Positions 21,046 to 30,226 of a stretch of 63,222 bases of DNA are shown here, one piece after another; within the stretch, counting starts at the first letter, position 1, and each line of letters starts with the position of its first letter. The translations under genes were made by a program, and so were the position numbers. The DNA is from Candidatus Methanomethylicaceae archaeon (GTDB lineage: Archaea; Thermoproteota; Methanomethylicia; Methanomethylicales; Methanomethylicaceae): positions 1 to 63,222 of the forward strand of contig JANXER010000005.1 in assembly GCA_025057955.1 (NCBI GenBank), given 5' to 3'. The notes beneath the pieces were generated by a model. That model ran no database searches, was not told the origin of the DNA, and saw only the letters and a program-made list of their open reading frames with translations.

Positions 21046-21708
21046 GTGATGGAAATGAAGCTTTTAGCCCTCTCTGATATACATGGAAAGGAGTCAACTT
21101 TGAAATCTATCCTAGATGTAGCTAAATCCTTTGAAATTAAAGCAATTTCCATATCTGGAGATATAACGAATTTTGGTGGTTTTGAGGATTTGGAAAGAGT
21201 TCTAAAAATAGTAGAGGATTTTGATGTTCCATTCTTCTATGTGCTTGGAAATTGCGATTCCATAAGCTTGAGAAATGGAATAGAGTCGCTTGGAATATGT
21301 TTAGAATCAAGATGTTATAATATTTTTGGCATTAATATAATTGGCTCTGGTGGCTCCACTCCTACACCATTTAATACTCCATTTGAAATTAGTGAGGAAG
21401 AGCTTATTTCAAATTTAAGAAGGGCGAAATCAACTTGTGAAGAAGTTACTATGATTTTAACTCATAATCCTCCACTTGGATCCATAGTGGATCTTACTAA
21501 AATGGGCATTCATGTTGGGAGTAAAGCTCTAAGAGATTTCATAATTCTCTCAAAGCCAAAAATTGCTCAATGTGGCCATATACATGAAGCTAGAGGAAGG
21601 GAGATGATAGGTAATACTTTAGTATTTAATCCTGGTCCAGCCATGCGTGGATATTATGCTATTGTATCACTTCATGATTTAAACATTGAGTTTATGTCTT
21701 TGACTTAA
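21046..21708 (+). CDS. Calcineurin-like metallophosphoesterase
   Basis: It has the motifs LSDIHG, GDITNFG, GNCD, THNPP and GHIHE. Confidence 0.75.
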   Translation: MMEMKLLALSDIHGKESTLKSILDVAKSFEIKAISISGDITNFGGFEDLERVLKIVEDFDVPFFYVLGNCDSISLRNGIESLGICLESRCYNIFGINIIGSGGSTPTPFNTPFEISEEELISNLRRAKSTCEEVTMILTHNPPLGSIVDLTKMGIHVGSKALRDFIILSKPKIAQCGHIHEARGREMIGNTLVFNPGPAMRGYYAIVSLHDLNIEFMSLT

Positions 21709-22186
21709 TAATCATTTCCAAATAAGACTCTGTGGTTAAATTTCTTATTCCAAGCTTTTCTGCAATTTCCAATAATTTCTCTCCTCCTTCCAATTCTATA
21801 AATGATCCCAGTCCATTCACATCATCCAAGCATATTATAATTTCATTCAATAGAAACTCTCTTCTTCTCTTTCTTATTGTATAGGCCTTTTTAAAACCAA
21901 GCCTCTCCAAAATATTTATGAAGGCCTTAGAATCTTTAATTTCCACCTCAATTTCCTCTCTAATTTTTAAATTCTCACTTTCCCTCTTTCCTTTGTAAGT
22001 AATTATGCTTTTATTACCCTCAATCCTCAATCTAAATGCTTCATCACTTTTTACAAAATCTCTACAAGGATGTTCAAAGTAAATATCCTCTTGAATTTTT
22101 TCGCCTAGAAATCTTCCTCCCATTTTTAAAATCTTCTCAGTGAGATCTTCTTCAACCCTTGCCTTTGCCTCTATTTCCCTTCCCAT
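21692..22186 (-). CDS. CYTH-domain protein (CyaB-type class IV adenylyl cyclase / triphosphatase family)
   Basis: It has the EIEAKARV start, then FRLR...YKGK and a FIELE pattern. Confidence 0.75.
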   Translation of the reverse strand: MGREIEAKARVEEDLTEKILKMGGRFLGEKIQEDIYFEHPCRDFVKSDEAFRLRIEGNKSIITYKGKRESENLKIREEIEVEIKDSKAFINILERLGFKKAYTIRKRRREFLLNEIIICLDDVNGLGSFIELEGGEKLLEIAEKLGIRNLTTESYLEMIIKSKT

Positions 22187-22295
22187 AATAATAAATTCTA
22201 GGGAAAAAGCTTAAACTTAGCTATGTAAACTTTGAATAGCAACGGAAAATTTTAAAGATGAGAAATATTAGTTTTTCCTCTGTTGGTGCATTTAA

Positions 22296-23012
22296 ATGCC
22301 AATAAAGAACGGAGATTTCATACTATTGGATTATATATTGAGAATTAAGGATAGTGGTGAAGTTTTTGATACAACCATAGAGGAAGAGGCAAAAAAAGCA
22401 AACATCCATAATCCAGAAAACATCTATGAACCTAAACTTATAGTGGTTGGACAAGGCTGGATTATAAAGGGAATTGATGAAGCTCTATTGAACATGGAAG
22501 AGGGGGGAGAAAAGGAGATTGAGATACCTCCAGAGAAGGCCTTTGGAGAAAGGGATTCATCAAAGGTGAAAATAATTCCAGCTAAAGAGCTCACAAAGCA
22601 AGGCATTACCCCAAGACCTGGAGCAAGAATAGATTTAGGAGGATCCATAGCTACAATAAGAAGCGTTGGAAGTGGAAGAGTAACAATAGACTATAATCAT
22701 CCATTATCTGGAAAATCAATAATTGCAAAAATAATTGTAAGAAAACTTCTCACAGATACCTCAGATAAAATAAGGGAACTTGTGCACATGAGAATTAGAG
22801 GAGTATCAAAAGAGAAGTTCATAATCTCCATAATTGGAAACATGGTCACCATAGAAATGCCTGAGGAGACGTTTATGGCAGAGGATATACGCTTTGCAAA
22901 AAGAGGAATAGTTAGAGATATAAACAAATTCTTCAGCGATATAACCTCAGTGCAATTTATTGAAACATATAACATAAAACCTACTAGTCAGCAACCTCAA
23001 CAATCACTCTAA
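22296..23012 (+). CDS. FKBP-type peptidyl-prolyl isomerase, long archaeal form with insert-in-flap and C-terminal domain
   Basis: It has the motifs DGEVFDTT, VGQGWIIKGIDEALLNMEEGGEK, PPEKAFGERD and YNHPLSGK. Confidence 0.8.
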   Translation: MPIKNGDFILLDYILRIKDSGEVFDTTIEEEAKKANIHNPENIYEPKLIVVGQGWIIKGIDEALLNMEEGGEKEIEIPPEKAFGERDSSKVKIIPAKELTKQGITPRPGARIDLGGSIATIRSVGSGRVTIDYNHPLSGKSIIAKIIVRKLLTDTSDKIRELVHMRIRGVSKEKFIISIIGNMVTIEMPEETFMAEDIRFAKRGIVRDINKFFSDITSVQFIETYNIKPTSQQPQQSL

Positions 23013-23430
23013 CCATCTCCTTACCACATAATGCCATTTCGGAAACATCATTCAATACATTTAAAATTTTAATTCTTTCTCCTATTTTTAATCCAATTGG
23101 CTTACATAGATTTCTTAAGATGCAATTCATTTCATTACATTCAATCCATGAGAATCTAATTATTGCTCCTTCAATGGCTATACTCTTTCTTAATATAATC
23201 TCCATTGGAAGTTCTACTACTTTAACTACAACCAATTTTCCCTCGTAAAGTTTACAATAATGCTTCCTTCCTCTAACTTCTATTATTTCATAAAATCTTC
23301 CTGCTATAACATTCTTCATGCATATATCGAATAGATTGCATGATTTACATATCTGAGGGGCCTCTATGGCCATGAATTTTAAGCCCCTTTTAGCCATTCC
23401 CTCTCCTACTAAGGTAACCGTTTCCCTCAA
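22984..23430 (-). CDS. UPF0179-family Cys-rich protein
   Basis: The ~148-aa archaeal pattern is TLVGEGMAKRGLKF....CKSCNLFDIC, with further Cys residues near the C-terminus. Confidence 0.55.
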   Translation of the reverse strand: MRETVTLVGEGMAKRGLKFMAIEAPQICKSCNLFDICMKNVIAGRFYEIIEVRGRKHYCKLYEGKLVVVKVVELPMEIILRKSIAIEGAIIRFSWIECNEMNCILRNLCKPIGLKIGERIKILNVLNDVSEMALCGKEMVRVIVEVAD

Positions 23431-24479
23431 TCTATTACCCCTGTAATTCTAGCTACTTCTATGGCTGCATCCCTTGTTAATCCTCTCTCCCCTAAAATAG
23501 TATATCTCTCAGGCCTTATGGTGTGAGCTATGGTTAAAGCCTCAATAATCTTTTCATCCTCTACGCCTAGCTCCTTAGCAGTTGTAGGTGCTCCCACTTT
23601 AACAAGCACTTCCTTCACCTTCTTCCAATTTCCACCATGTAGATACATCATCATTATAGTTCCAATGCCACACCTCTCTCCATGATATGTTCTATTTCCA
23701 ATAATCCTCTCTAATGCATGAGCGAATAAATGCTCTGAGCCACTACATGGTCTACTACTTCCTGCAATACACATAGCATAGCCGCAGCTTATGAGAGCCT
23801 CCACAAGCACTCTTATACCCGCCTCAAGTCCTCTTGCTATTAATTCTGAGTTTTTTGCCACAAGCTTAGCTGACATAAGCGCTAAGGATGCTGCATGCTC
23901 TCCATAATATTCTCCCTTCAATCTATGAGCAAGGCTCCAATCTCTAACCGCTGTAAACTTAGCAATAATATCTCCAACACCACTTATTATATGCCTTCTT
24001 GGTGAGTTAATAATCAATTCCATATCTGCTATAAGTGCTATTGGAGGATGAGCCATAATTGATATGGAACCTTTTTCTCCCTTCAATGAGGCTACTGGGG
24101 AGGAAATTCCATCATGTGTTGCAGAAGTTGGTATGCTTATAAATTGTACTCCTCTATTGAATGATGCAAGCTTAGCTACATCTATAGTCTTTCCTCCTCC
24201 TACTCCTATAACTATCTTAGCTTTTATTTCATCTATTGCTCGACTAACCATATCAACTTCCTCATATGTAGAGTCCTTTACTATGACTTTATGAACAGAG
24301 TAAATTCTCTTATCTAAGTTAATCTCAATTCTCTCAGCCACTCCCTTTGTTATACCCTCTCCACAGGCTATCAAAATTTCCCCTTCATAATTCAATTTCT
24401 TTAAAATTTCCCCCACTTTTCCTAATACCTCTGATCCAACTATTACAAACCTTGGAAGATTTATTGCATGAATTTGCAA
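23427..24479 (-). CDS. egsA: sn-Glycerol-1-phosphate dehydrogenase (archaeal lipid backbone)
   Basis: It has an iron-type alcohol dehydrogenase fold: GVGGGKTIDVAK, SATHDGISSP and GSEHLFAHALE. It is 350 aa. Confidence 0.85.
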   Translation of the reverse strand: MQIHAINLPRFVIVGSEVLGKVGEILKKLNYEGEILIACGEGITKGVAERIEINLDKRIYSVHKVIVKDSTYEEVDMVSRAIDEIKAKIVIGVGGGKTIDVAKLASFNRGVQFISIPTSATHDGISSPVASLKGEKGSISIMAHPPIALIADMELIINSPRRHIISGVGDIIAKFTAVRDWSLAHRLKGEYYGEHAASLALMSAKLVAKNSELIARGLEAGIRVLVEALISCGYAMCIAGSSRPCSGSEHLFAHALERIIGNRTYHGERCGIGTIMMMYLHGGNWKKVKEVLVKVGAPTTAKELGVEDEKIIEALTIAHTIRPERYTILGERGLTRDAAIEVARITGVID

Positions 24480-24552
24480 TTTTATTCACACTCCATATTT
24501 CGTCATCCTTAAATATATGGAGAGTAGTCATTAAAATTGATCTCGTTTTAAT

Positions 24553-25191
24553 TTGGAGGAAATTATGTTGCAGTTGTATGAAAGCTTTAAAAAAGGTACT
24601 ACTACAGTTGGGGTAGTATGCAGAGATGGAGTAGTACTTGCCACCGATAGAAGGGTTACAGCTGGTCTATATATAGCTCATAAAAGGGGAAGAAAAATAT
24701 ACATTTTAGATGATAATAAGGCTGCTACAATTGCAGGACTTGTTGCTGATGCTCAAATGATAATGGATTTCTTAAAATCTCAAATAGCTCTTATGAAACT
24801 CAGCAATAGAATTCCTCCATCCACTAAAGCTATTGCTACATTAGCCTCAAATATACTATTCAGCTCTAGATATTTCCCTTATATTGTGCAATTCATAATT
24901 GCAGGAGTGGATGAAGAAGGACCGAAAATTTATGTTCTTGATTGGTTTGGTACACTTACTGAGGAAAAATTTGTAGCCACTGGATCAGGAACTCCATATG
25001 CCGTAGGTGTTTTAGAAGCCATGCTTAAAAAGAATCCAACTATTTCAGAGGCCCTTCCAACCATAGCTAAAGCGGTGAAATCTGCTATGGAAAGAGATCC
25101 AGGTAGTGGAGAGGGGATAGATATTGTAGTATTAAGTAAGGAGGGTGTTAGAGAACTTACAGATGAGGAAATAGCTAAGCTCTTGGAGTGA
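24553..25191 (+). CDS. psmB: Proteasome subunit beta (copy 2)
   Basis: A propeptide is followed by GTTTVGVVCRDGVVLATDRR. Confidence 0.9.
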   Translation: MEEIMLQLYESFKKGTTTVGVVCRDGVVLATDRRVTAGLYIAHKRGRKIYILDDNKAATIAGLVADAQMIMDFLKSQIALMKLSNRIPPSTKAIATLASNILFSSRYFPYIVQFIIAGVDEEGPKIYVLDWFGTLTEEKFVATGSGTPYAVGVLEAMLKKNPTISEALPTIAKAVKSAMERDPGSGEGIDIVVLSKEGVRELTDEEIAKLLE

Positions 25192-25201
25192 TGGTTAATT
25201 C

Positions 25202-27109
25202 ATGGAAGGATTGGATACCTTTGGTGAAATTAGAAAAATAGTGCAAAGAGAAATACCACAAGAAGCTGGACTTACAAAAATAGAGTTTGAAGGACCATTC
25301 ATTATAATTTATGTTAAAAATTTAGGAGTATTAATTGAAAATAGTGAGCCCATAAGAAAAATAGTACATGAAATAAAGAAAAGAATTATAGTTAGAGCTG
25401 ATCCAAGCGTAAGAAAGCCAGAAAATGAAGCTAAACATATAATAGAGAACATCATACCTAAGGAGGCGGAAGTTACAGATATAACCTTTGATGAAGAGGC
25501 TGGAGAAGTTATAATTTTAGCAAAGAAGCCTGGGCTTGTTATTGGAAAAGGAGGATCTACATTAAAGGATATTGTACATCAAACTGGCTGGAGAGCTAAT
25601 ATAATAAGATCCCCCCCTTTAAAGTCGAAGATAATTGAACAAACTGTTTATTATATAAATAGAGAGAGCGAATATAGGCTTAAATTTCTTAGACAAGTAG
25701 GAAGAAGAATACATCGCCCAATTATTTATGAAAATGAATGGGTTGTACTATCTGCTCTTGGTGGATTTAGAGAGGTAGGAAGGCAAGCTATGTTAGTTCA
25801 AACCTTGAATAGCAAAGTGCTAATAGATTGTGGTGTAAAGCCTGGCGTTAATGATTTCTTCAATGAATTTCCCAGATTGGAGGAAGTTGATTTAGAGGAT
25901 TTGGATGCTGTAATAATAACTCATGCTCACTTGGATCATTGTGGTCTTGTTCCTTTGCTCTTTAAGTATGGATACTCTGGACCAGTATATTGTACTAAAC
26001 CAACCAAGAGCTTGATGACATTACTTCAACTTGATTATTTAGATGTAGCAATTAAGGAGGGAAAATCAACTCCATATTCTCTCAAGGATATTAAGAAGGC
26101 CTTACTTCATACTATAGCATTGGATTATGGCGAAGTAACAGATATAGCCCCTGATATAAGATTGACATTTCACAATGCTGGACATATTTTAGGATCAGCC
26201 ATGGTTCATTTACATATAGGAGAGGGGCTTCATAATATTGTATTCACTGGAGACTTCAAATATGCGAGAACAAGATTGCTTGAACCAGCATCTTCATCCT
26301 TTCCAAGGGTTGAGACGCTTATAATGGAGAGCACCTATGGTGCTCCATCTGATGTAATTCCCTCTAGAGAAGAAACAGAGCATTTATTCCTAGAATATAT
26401 AAAATCCACTATAGAGAAAAATGGAAAGGTCCTCATTCCTATATTAGCGGTTGGAAGAGCTCAAGAAATAATGCTTGTATTAGATGAAGCTATAAAGCTT
26501 GGAACAATCCCTCAAATTCCAATATATATTGAGGGAATGCTTCAAGAGGTAACAGCTATTCATACTGCATATCCAGAGAGTTTAGCAAAGGATTTGAAGA
26601 ATAGAATATTCCATAAAGGGGAGAATCCCTTTCTCTCGGAGCATTTCATAAGTGTTGATGATAGAAATGCTAGACCAGAAATTGCTGAGGGAGGACCATG
26701 CATAATAATGGCAACTTCAGGAATGCTAACGGGAGGTCCAGCTTTAGAGTATTTCAAGCTGCTTGCACCAGATCCTAAAAATACTATGATATTTGTAAAT
26801 TATCAAATAGAGGGCACTCTTGGAAGATCAATTCTAAAGGGTGCTAGAGAAGTAACATTAATGGATTCCAGTGGAAAGCTTCAAGTAATAGAGGTAAAAA
26901 TGAGTGTGAACGCACTAGATGGTTTCTCTGGGCATAGTGATAGAAAGCAATTATTAAGGTTTGTAAATAATATATCGCCTAAGCCTAAACAAATAATATT
27001 AGTTCATGGAGAGGAGTCCAAGTGTATTAATATGGCAGACGTCATAAGAAAAATATTTAAGACTGAGGTACTCGCCCCTAGAGTTGGGGATAGGATTAGA
27101 CTTGTTTAA
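25202..27109 (+). CDS. aCPSF1: KH-domain plus metallo-beta-lactamase/beta-CASP ribonuclease
   Basis: It has N-terminal KH repeats (GLVIGKGGSTLKDI), the HAHLDHCG motif, a beta-CASP region and a C-terminal GFSGHSD....VHGE. It is 635 aa. Confidence 0.9.
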   Translation: MEGLDTFGEIRKIVQREIPQEAGLTKIEFEGPFIIIYVKNLGVLIENSEPIRKIVHEIKKRIIVRADPSVRKPENEAKHIIENIIPKEAEVTDITFDEEAGEVIILAKKPGLVIGKGGSTLKDIVHQTGWRANIIRSPPLKSKIIEQTVYYINRESEYRLKFLRQVGRRIHRPIIYENEWVVLSALGGFREVGRQAMLVQTLNSKVLIDCGVKPGVNDFFNEFPRLEEVDLEDLDAVIITHAHLDHCGLVPLLFKYGYSGPVYCTKPTKSLMTLLQLDYLDVAIKEGKSTPYSLKDIKKALLHTIALDYGEVTDIAPDIRLTFHNAGHILGSAMVHLHIGEGLHNIVFTGDFKYARTRLLEPASSSFPRVETLIMESTYGAPSDVIPSREETEHLFLEYIKSTIEKNGKVLIPILAVGRAQEIMLVLDEAIKLGTIPQIPIYIEGMLQEVTAIHTAYPESLAKDLKNRIFHKGENPFLSEHFISVDDRNARPEIAEGGPCIIMATSGMLTGGPALEYFKLLAPDPKNTMIFVNYQIEGTLGRSILKGAREVTLMDSSGKLQVIEVKMSVNALDGFSGHSDRKQLLRFVNNISPKPKQIILVHGEESKCINMADVIRKIFKTEVLAPRVGDRIRLV

Positions 27110-27883
27110 TTACCAGAGATAGGTAAGATCGCCCTTCCAAGTTCTTCCTCTTTCCTCTCTTACAGTTTTCTCCTCTGCCTCTCTGAATCTTCTAATCATA
27201 TTTTCAAAACTTTTCGCCTTCTCCTCTATATCTAATAAATCTATTTTTATTCCAGTAATTGTTGTTATCACTTTTACTAAAGCTTCTGCAGCTTTTACAT
27301 CTGCAAAATATCCATATGTGTAGGCAAGAGTTTCACTAAGGAGACAAGCTGCAGGTATTTCATATTCTTTAGCATAGGTTAGTATTATTCCATTTGCCCC
27401 AGATATACTTCCACCACTCATTGGAATTACTCCAAATCCCTCTAAAGCTTTCATTAAACTTAAATCAGTTACAGCTCCATAGATTTTTGGCTCTCCTACT
27501 CTACCTTCAACTACATATGCTGCCATGGCATATATCTTTGAAATTCCATATTTCCTTTGAAGCTCTTTAACTATGAAGTCAGTAAGCTCATGTTGTCCCT
27601 CTGGAGTTGCTGGTTGAGCATTTCCTGTAATGAATACAAAGTTATCTGAATTATAGAGCTCCACTCTAATTGGATCCACCGTTCCATCATGTTTAACGAT
27701 TAAGAAGGATGGAAAGGAATAGGAGTATATTTCAGCAAACTTCTCTGCCTTAAGCTTCTCTACTATATAGTCCAAAGCTATTTTCGCTACATATCCTATA
27801 CCTGGAAATCCAACTATAACATATGGATTGCTTAGCCTCAAATCCTTTAGGATTTTAATTCTAATAACCATATTTCTTTCCAT
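27110..27883 (-). CDS. PAC2-family proteasome assembly chaperone-like protein
   Basis: It has the VGFPGIGYVAKIA N-terminal motif and about 250 aa of PAC2 architecture, ending in a C-terminal tail (LTYLW). Confidence 0.6.
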   Translation of the reverse strand: MERNMVIRIKILKDLRLSNPYVIVGFPGIGYVAKIALDYIVEKLKAEKFAEIYSYSFPSFLIVKHDGTVDPIRVELYNSDNFVFITGNAQPATPEGQHELTDFIVKELQRKYGISKIYAMAAYVVEGRVGEPKIYGAVTDLSLMKALEGFGVIPMSGGSISGANGIILTYAKEYEIPAACLLSETLAYTYGYFADVKAAEALVKVITTITGIKIDLLDIEEKAKSFENMIRRFREAEEKTVREERGRTWKGDLTYLW

Positions 27884-27902
27884 AGAAGATATAGAGAAAG
27901 TC

Positions 27903-28514
27903 CTATAATAATCTAACCTTTTTAATTAATAACTGATGTATTCTTGAATCATTTGTAAGCTCTGGATGAAAAGAAGTCCCTATTATATTATCTTGCATAA
28001 CGGCCACTATAACTCCTCCAAGCTTACATAGAACTTCCACATTAGGTCCAATCTCCCTTATGGCAGGAGCTCTTATGAAAACTCCTTTAAATTTTTTATC
28101 TCCAATTATTGGAATATCTAAATCAGCCTCAAAGGAATCCCTTTGTCTTCCAAAGGCATTTCTTTCCACAACCACATCCATTAAGCCAATGATTGGTTGT
28201 TCAGTTTTTCCTAAAACTCTATCATAAACGCTCTTAGCTAATAAAATTAATCCAGCACAAGTGCCTAATACTGGCATTCCTTCAGAGATTCTTTGCTTTA
28301 TTAATTGAAGCAATTGACTCATGCTAGCAGCTCTTCCTATGGTTGTACTTTCTCCTCCAGGTATTATTAATCCATTTATCCTCCCTACATCGCTTGATTT
28401 TTTAACTTGAATAATCTCTCCATCTATTCCCATATCTTTAAATGCTAATTTTGTCATTGCTAAATGCTCTTCTATTGCTCCTTGAAGTGCTAATACTCCT
28501 ATTACAGGCCTCAA
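27903..28514 (-). CDS. pdxT: PLP synthase glutaminase subunit
   Basis: It has the motifs [20 protein letters not shown] and FHPE. Confidence 0.9.
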   Translation of the reverse strand: MRPVIGVLALQGAIEEHLAMTKLAFKDMGIDGEIIQVKKSSDVGRINGLIIPGGESTTIGRAASMSQLLQLIKQRISEGMPVLGTCAGLILLAKSVYDRVLGKTEQPIIGLMDVVVERNAFGRQRDSFEADLDIPIIGDKKFKGVFIRAPAIREIGPNVEVLCKLGGVIVAVMQDNIIGTSFHPELTNDSRIHQLLIKKVRLL

Positions 28515-29476
28515 GAGGTTCCCCTTTCCTGCATTCTAAGCTCCAAAGTCTTTATATCCATTCCAATCATGGATTTTTTCTCATCTATCATTTTTTGAGC
28601 TTCTGCAACAACCTCAGGATCATCATAAAATGTAGTTGCAATTACTATGGCTTGAGCTCTTTCCAATGGATCCTCAGACTTGAATATTCCTGATCCAACA
28701 AAGATTCCATCACATCCAAGGTTCATCATTAATGCTGCATCAGCTGGTGTTGCTATTCCTCCAGCTGCAAAATTAACCACTGGAAGCCTTCCCAATCTTC
28801 CAACTTCCTCCACAAGCTCATATGAGACTTTAAGCTCTCTGGCAATTCTTATAAGCTCTTGTTGATCTCCACTTTCATAAATTGATTTAACTCTTCTTAT
28901 TTCATTATTTACAATTCTTATATGTTTAATAGCTTCAGCCACATTTCCTGTGCCAGGCTCTCCTTTAGTTCTAATCATTGAAGCTCCTTCTTCTATTCTT
29001 CTTAAAGCTTCTCCCAAATCCCTTGCACCACATACAAATGGAGTTGTAAAGTCCCATTTCCAAATGTGCCTCTCTTCATCCGCAGGGGTGAGAACTTCAG
29101 ATTCATCTATCATATCCACACCTATTGCCTCAAGCACCTTAGCTTCATAAGTATGTCCTATTCTACATTTTGCCATTACTGGTATTGTTACATGATCCAT
29201 GATTTCTTCAATAACTTTTAGGCTTGCAGTTCTTGCTACACCTCCTGCCTTTCTAACATCATATGGAAGCTTATCTAAAACCATTACTGCTACTGCTCCA
29301 GCTTCTTCAGCTATTTGAGCTTGCTCTATACTAGTTACATCCATTATTACGCCGTGCTTTTGCATATGAGCAAATCCTCTCTTTACCAATGCTGTGCCTC
29401 TTTTAACCTCTAGGTTCTCCAATCTATCAAGTTTAATTCCCTTGGAATTTACAACCTCAGCAATCAATGATATCAT
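28511..29476 (-). CDS. pdxS: PLP synthase lyase subunit
   Basis: It has the motifs [37 protein letters not shown] and FVGSGIFKS. It overlaps pdxT by 4 nt. Confidence 0.95.
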   Translation of the reverse strand: MISLIAEVVNSKGIKLDRLENLEVKRGTALVKRGFAHMQKHGVIMDVTSIEQAQIAEEAGAVAVMVLDKLPYDVRKAGGVARTASLKVIEEIMDHVTIPVMAKCRIGHTYEAKVLEAIGVDMIDESEVLTPADEERHIWKWDFTTPFVCGARDLGEALRRIEEGASMIRTKGEPGTGNVAEAIKHIRIVNNEIRRVKSIYESGDQQELIRIARELKVSYELVEEVGRLGRLPVVNFAAGGIATPADAALMMNLGCDGIFVGSGIFKSEDPLERAQAIVIATTFYDDPEVVAEAQKMIDEKKSMIGMDIKTLELRMQERGTS

Positions 29477-29527
29477 ACAATTCCCAATAAATTAATTTTA
29501 GAGGGAAATAAATATTTTCCTTTTGAA

Positions 29528-30226
29528 ATGGCTGAGATTCAAGTTCTTTTAGTGCCAAACTTAAGGAAATCCTATGAGAAAGCCTCTCTCATTATTGAAG
29601 AATCTCATTTTGATATGTTATTTCTAAATCTTCCAAGGAATACCCAATATGCTATTTCAAGCTATTGCTCCGGAAAAATTACACTTAATGAGCTTAAAGA
29701 GAGATTGAATTTCTTACCCCCTGAGCCCACGAATTCATGGATTTATTTTTTTGAGCCTATTTTGAAGGTTTTAAAACATGAGACTTATTGTTATATTGAA
29801 AGTTATGATGATTTTGCAAAAATTACCTCAGAAATACTTGTTTTAACCTTTAGATCTATAGTAACTGGAAAAATAAACTTAAGGGAATGGATTGAACTAC
29901 TTAAGCCAAAATCCATGGATTTTGAAGTTGAGTTTATTTCACATAGAGCTAGAGGAAAATGTCTATGTATTTCTGATATTCATGGTTGGAATTTAGCTCA
30001 TGGAATTAGAAAATATGATCATAAGGTTAGTATTAAGTCTGTGGAGAGATTATATTTTCTAAAACCATTAGAATCCCTATGCCTTCTCATAGAGAGAGGA
30101 AAGCTTGATATGGCTGAAGCATTAATAAAAGAGCATATAAAGTTTATAAGTGAATTTGTTTTAAAATCAAATAACATAGATGAAGCATATTTTTCATGGA
30201 TTAAAAAATATAGTTATTTTAGGTAG
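29528..30226 (+). CDS. Hypothetical protein (no recognisable motif)
   Basis: This clean 232-aa ORF has a coding-like composition and lies between pdxS and the ATPase. I recognise no family. Confidence 0.5.
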   Translation: MAEIQVLLVPNLRKSYEKASLIIEESHFDMLFLNLPRNTQYAISSYCSGKITLNELKERLNFLPPEPTNSWIYFFEPILKVLKHETYCYIESYDDFAKITSEILVLTFRSIVTGKINLREWIELLKPKSMDFEVEFISHRARGKCLCISDIHGWNLAHGIRKYDHKVSIKSVERLYFLKPLESLCLLIERGKLDMAEALIKEHIKFISEFVLKSNNIDEAYFSWIKKYSYFR

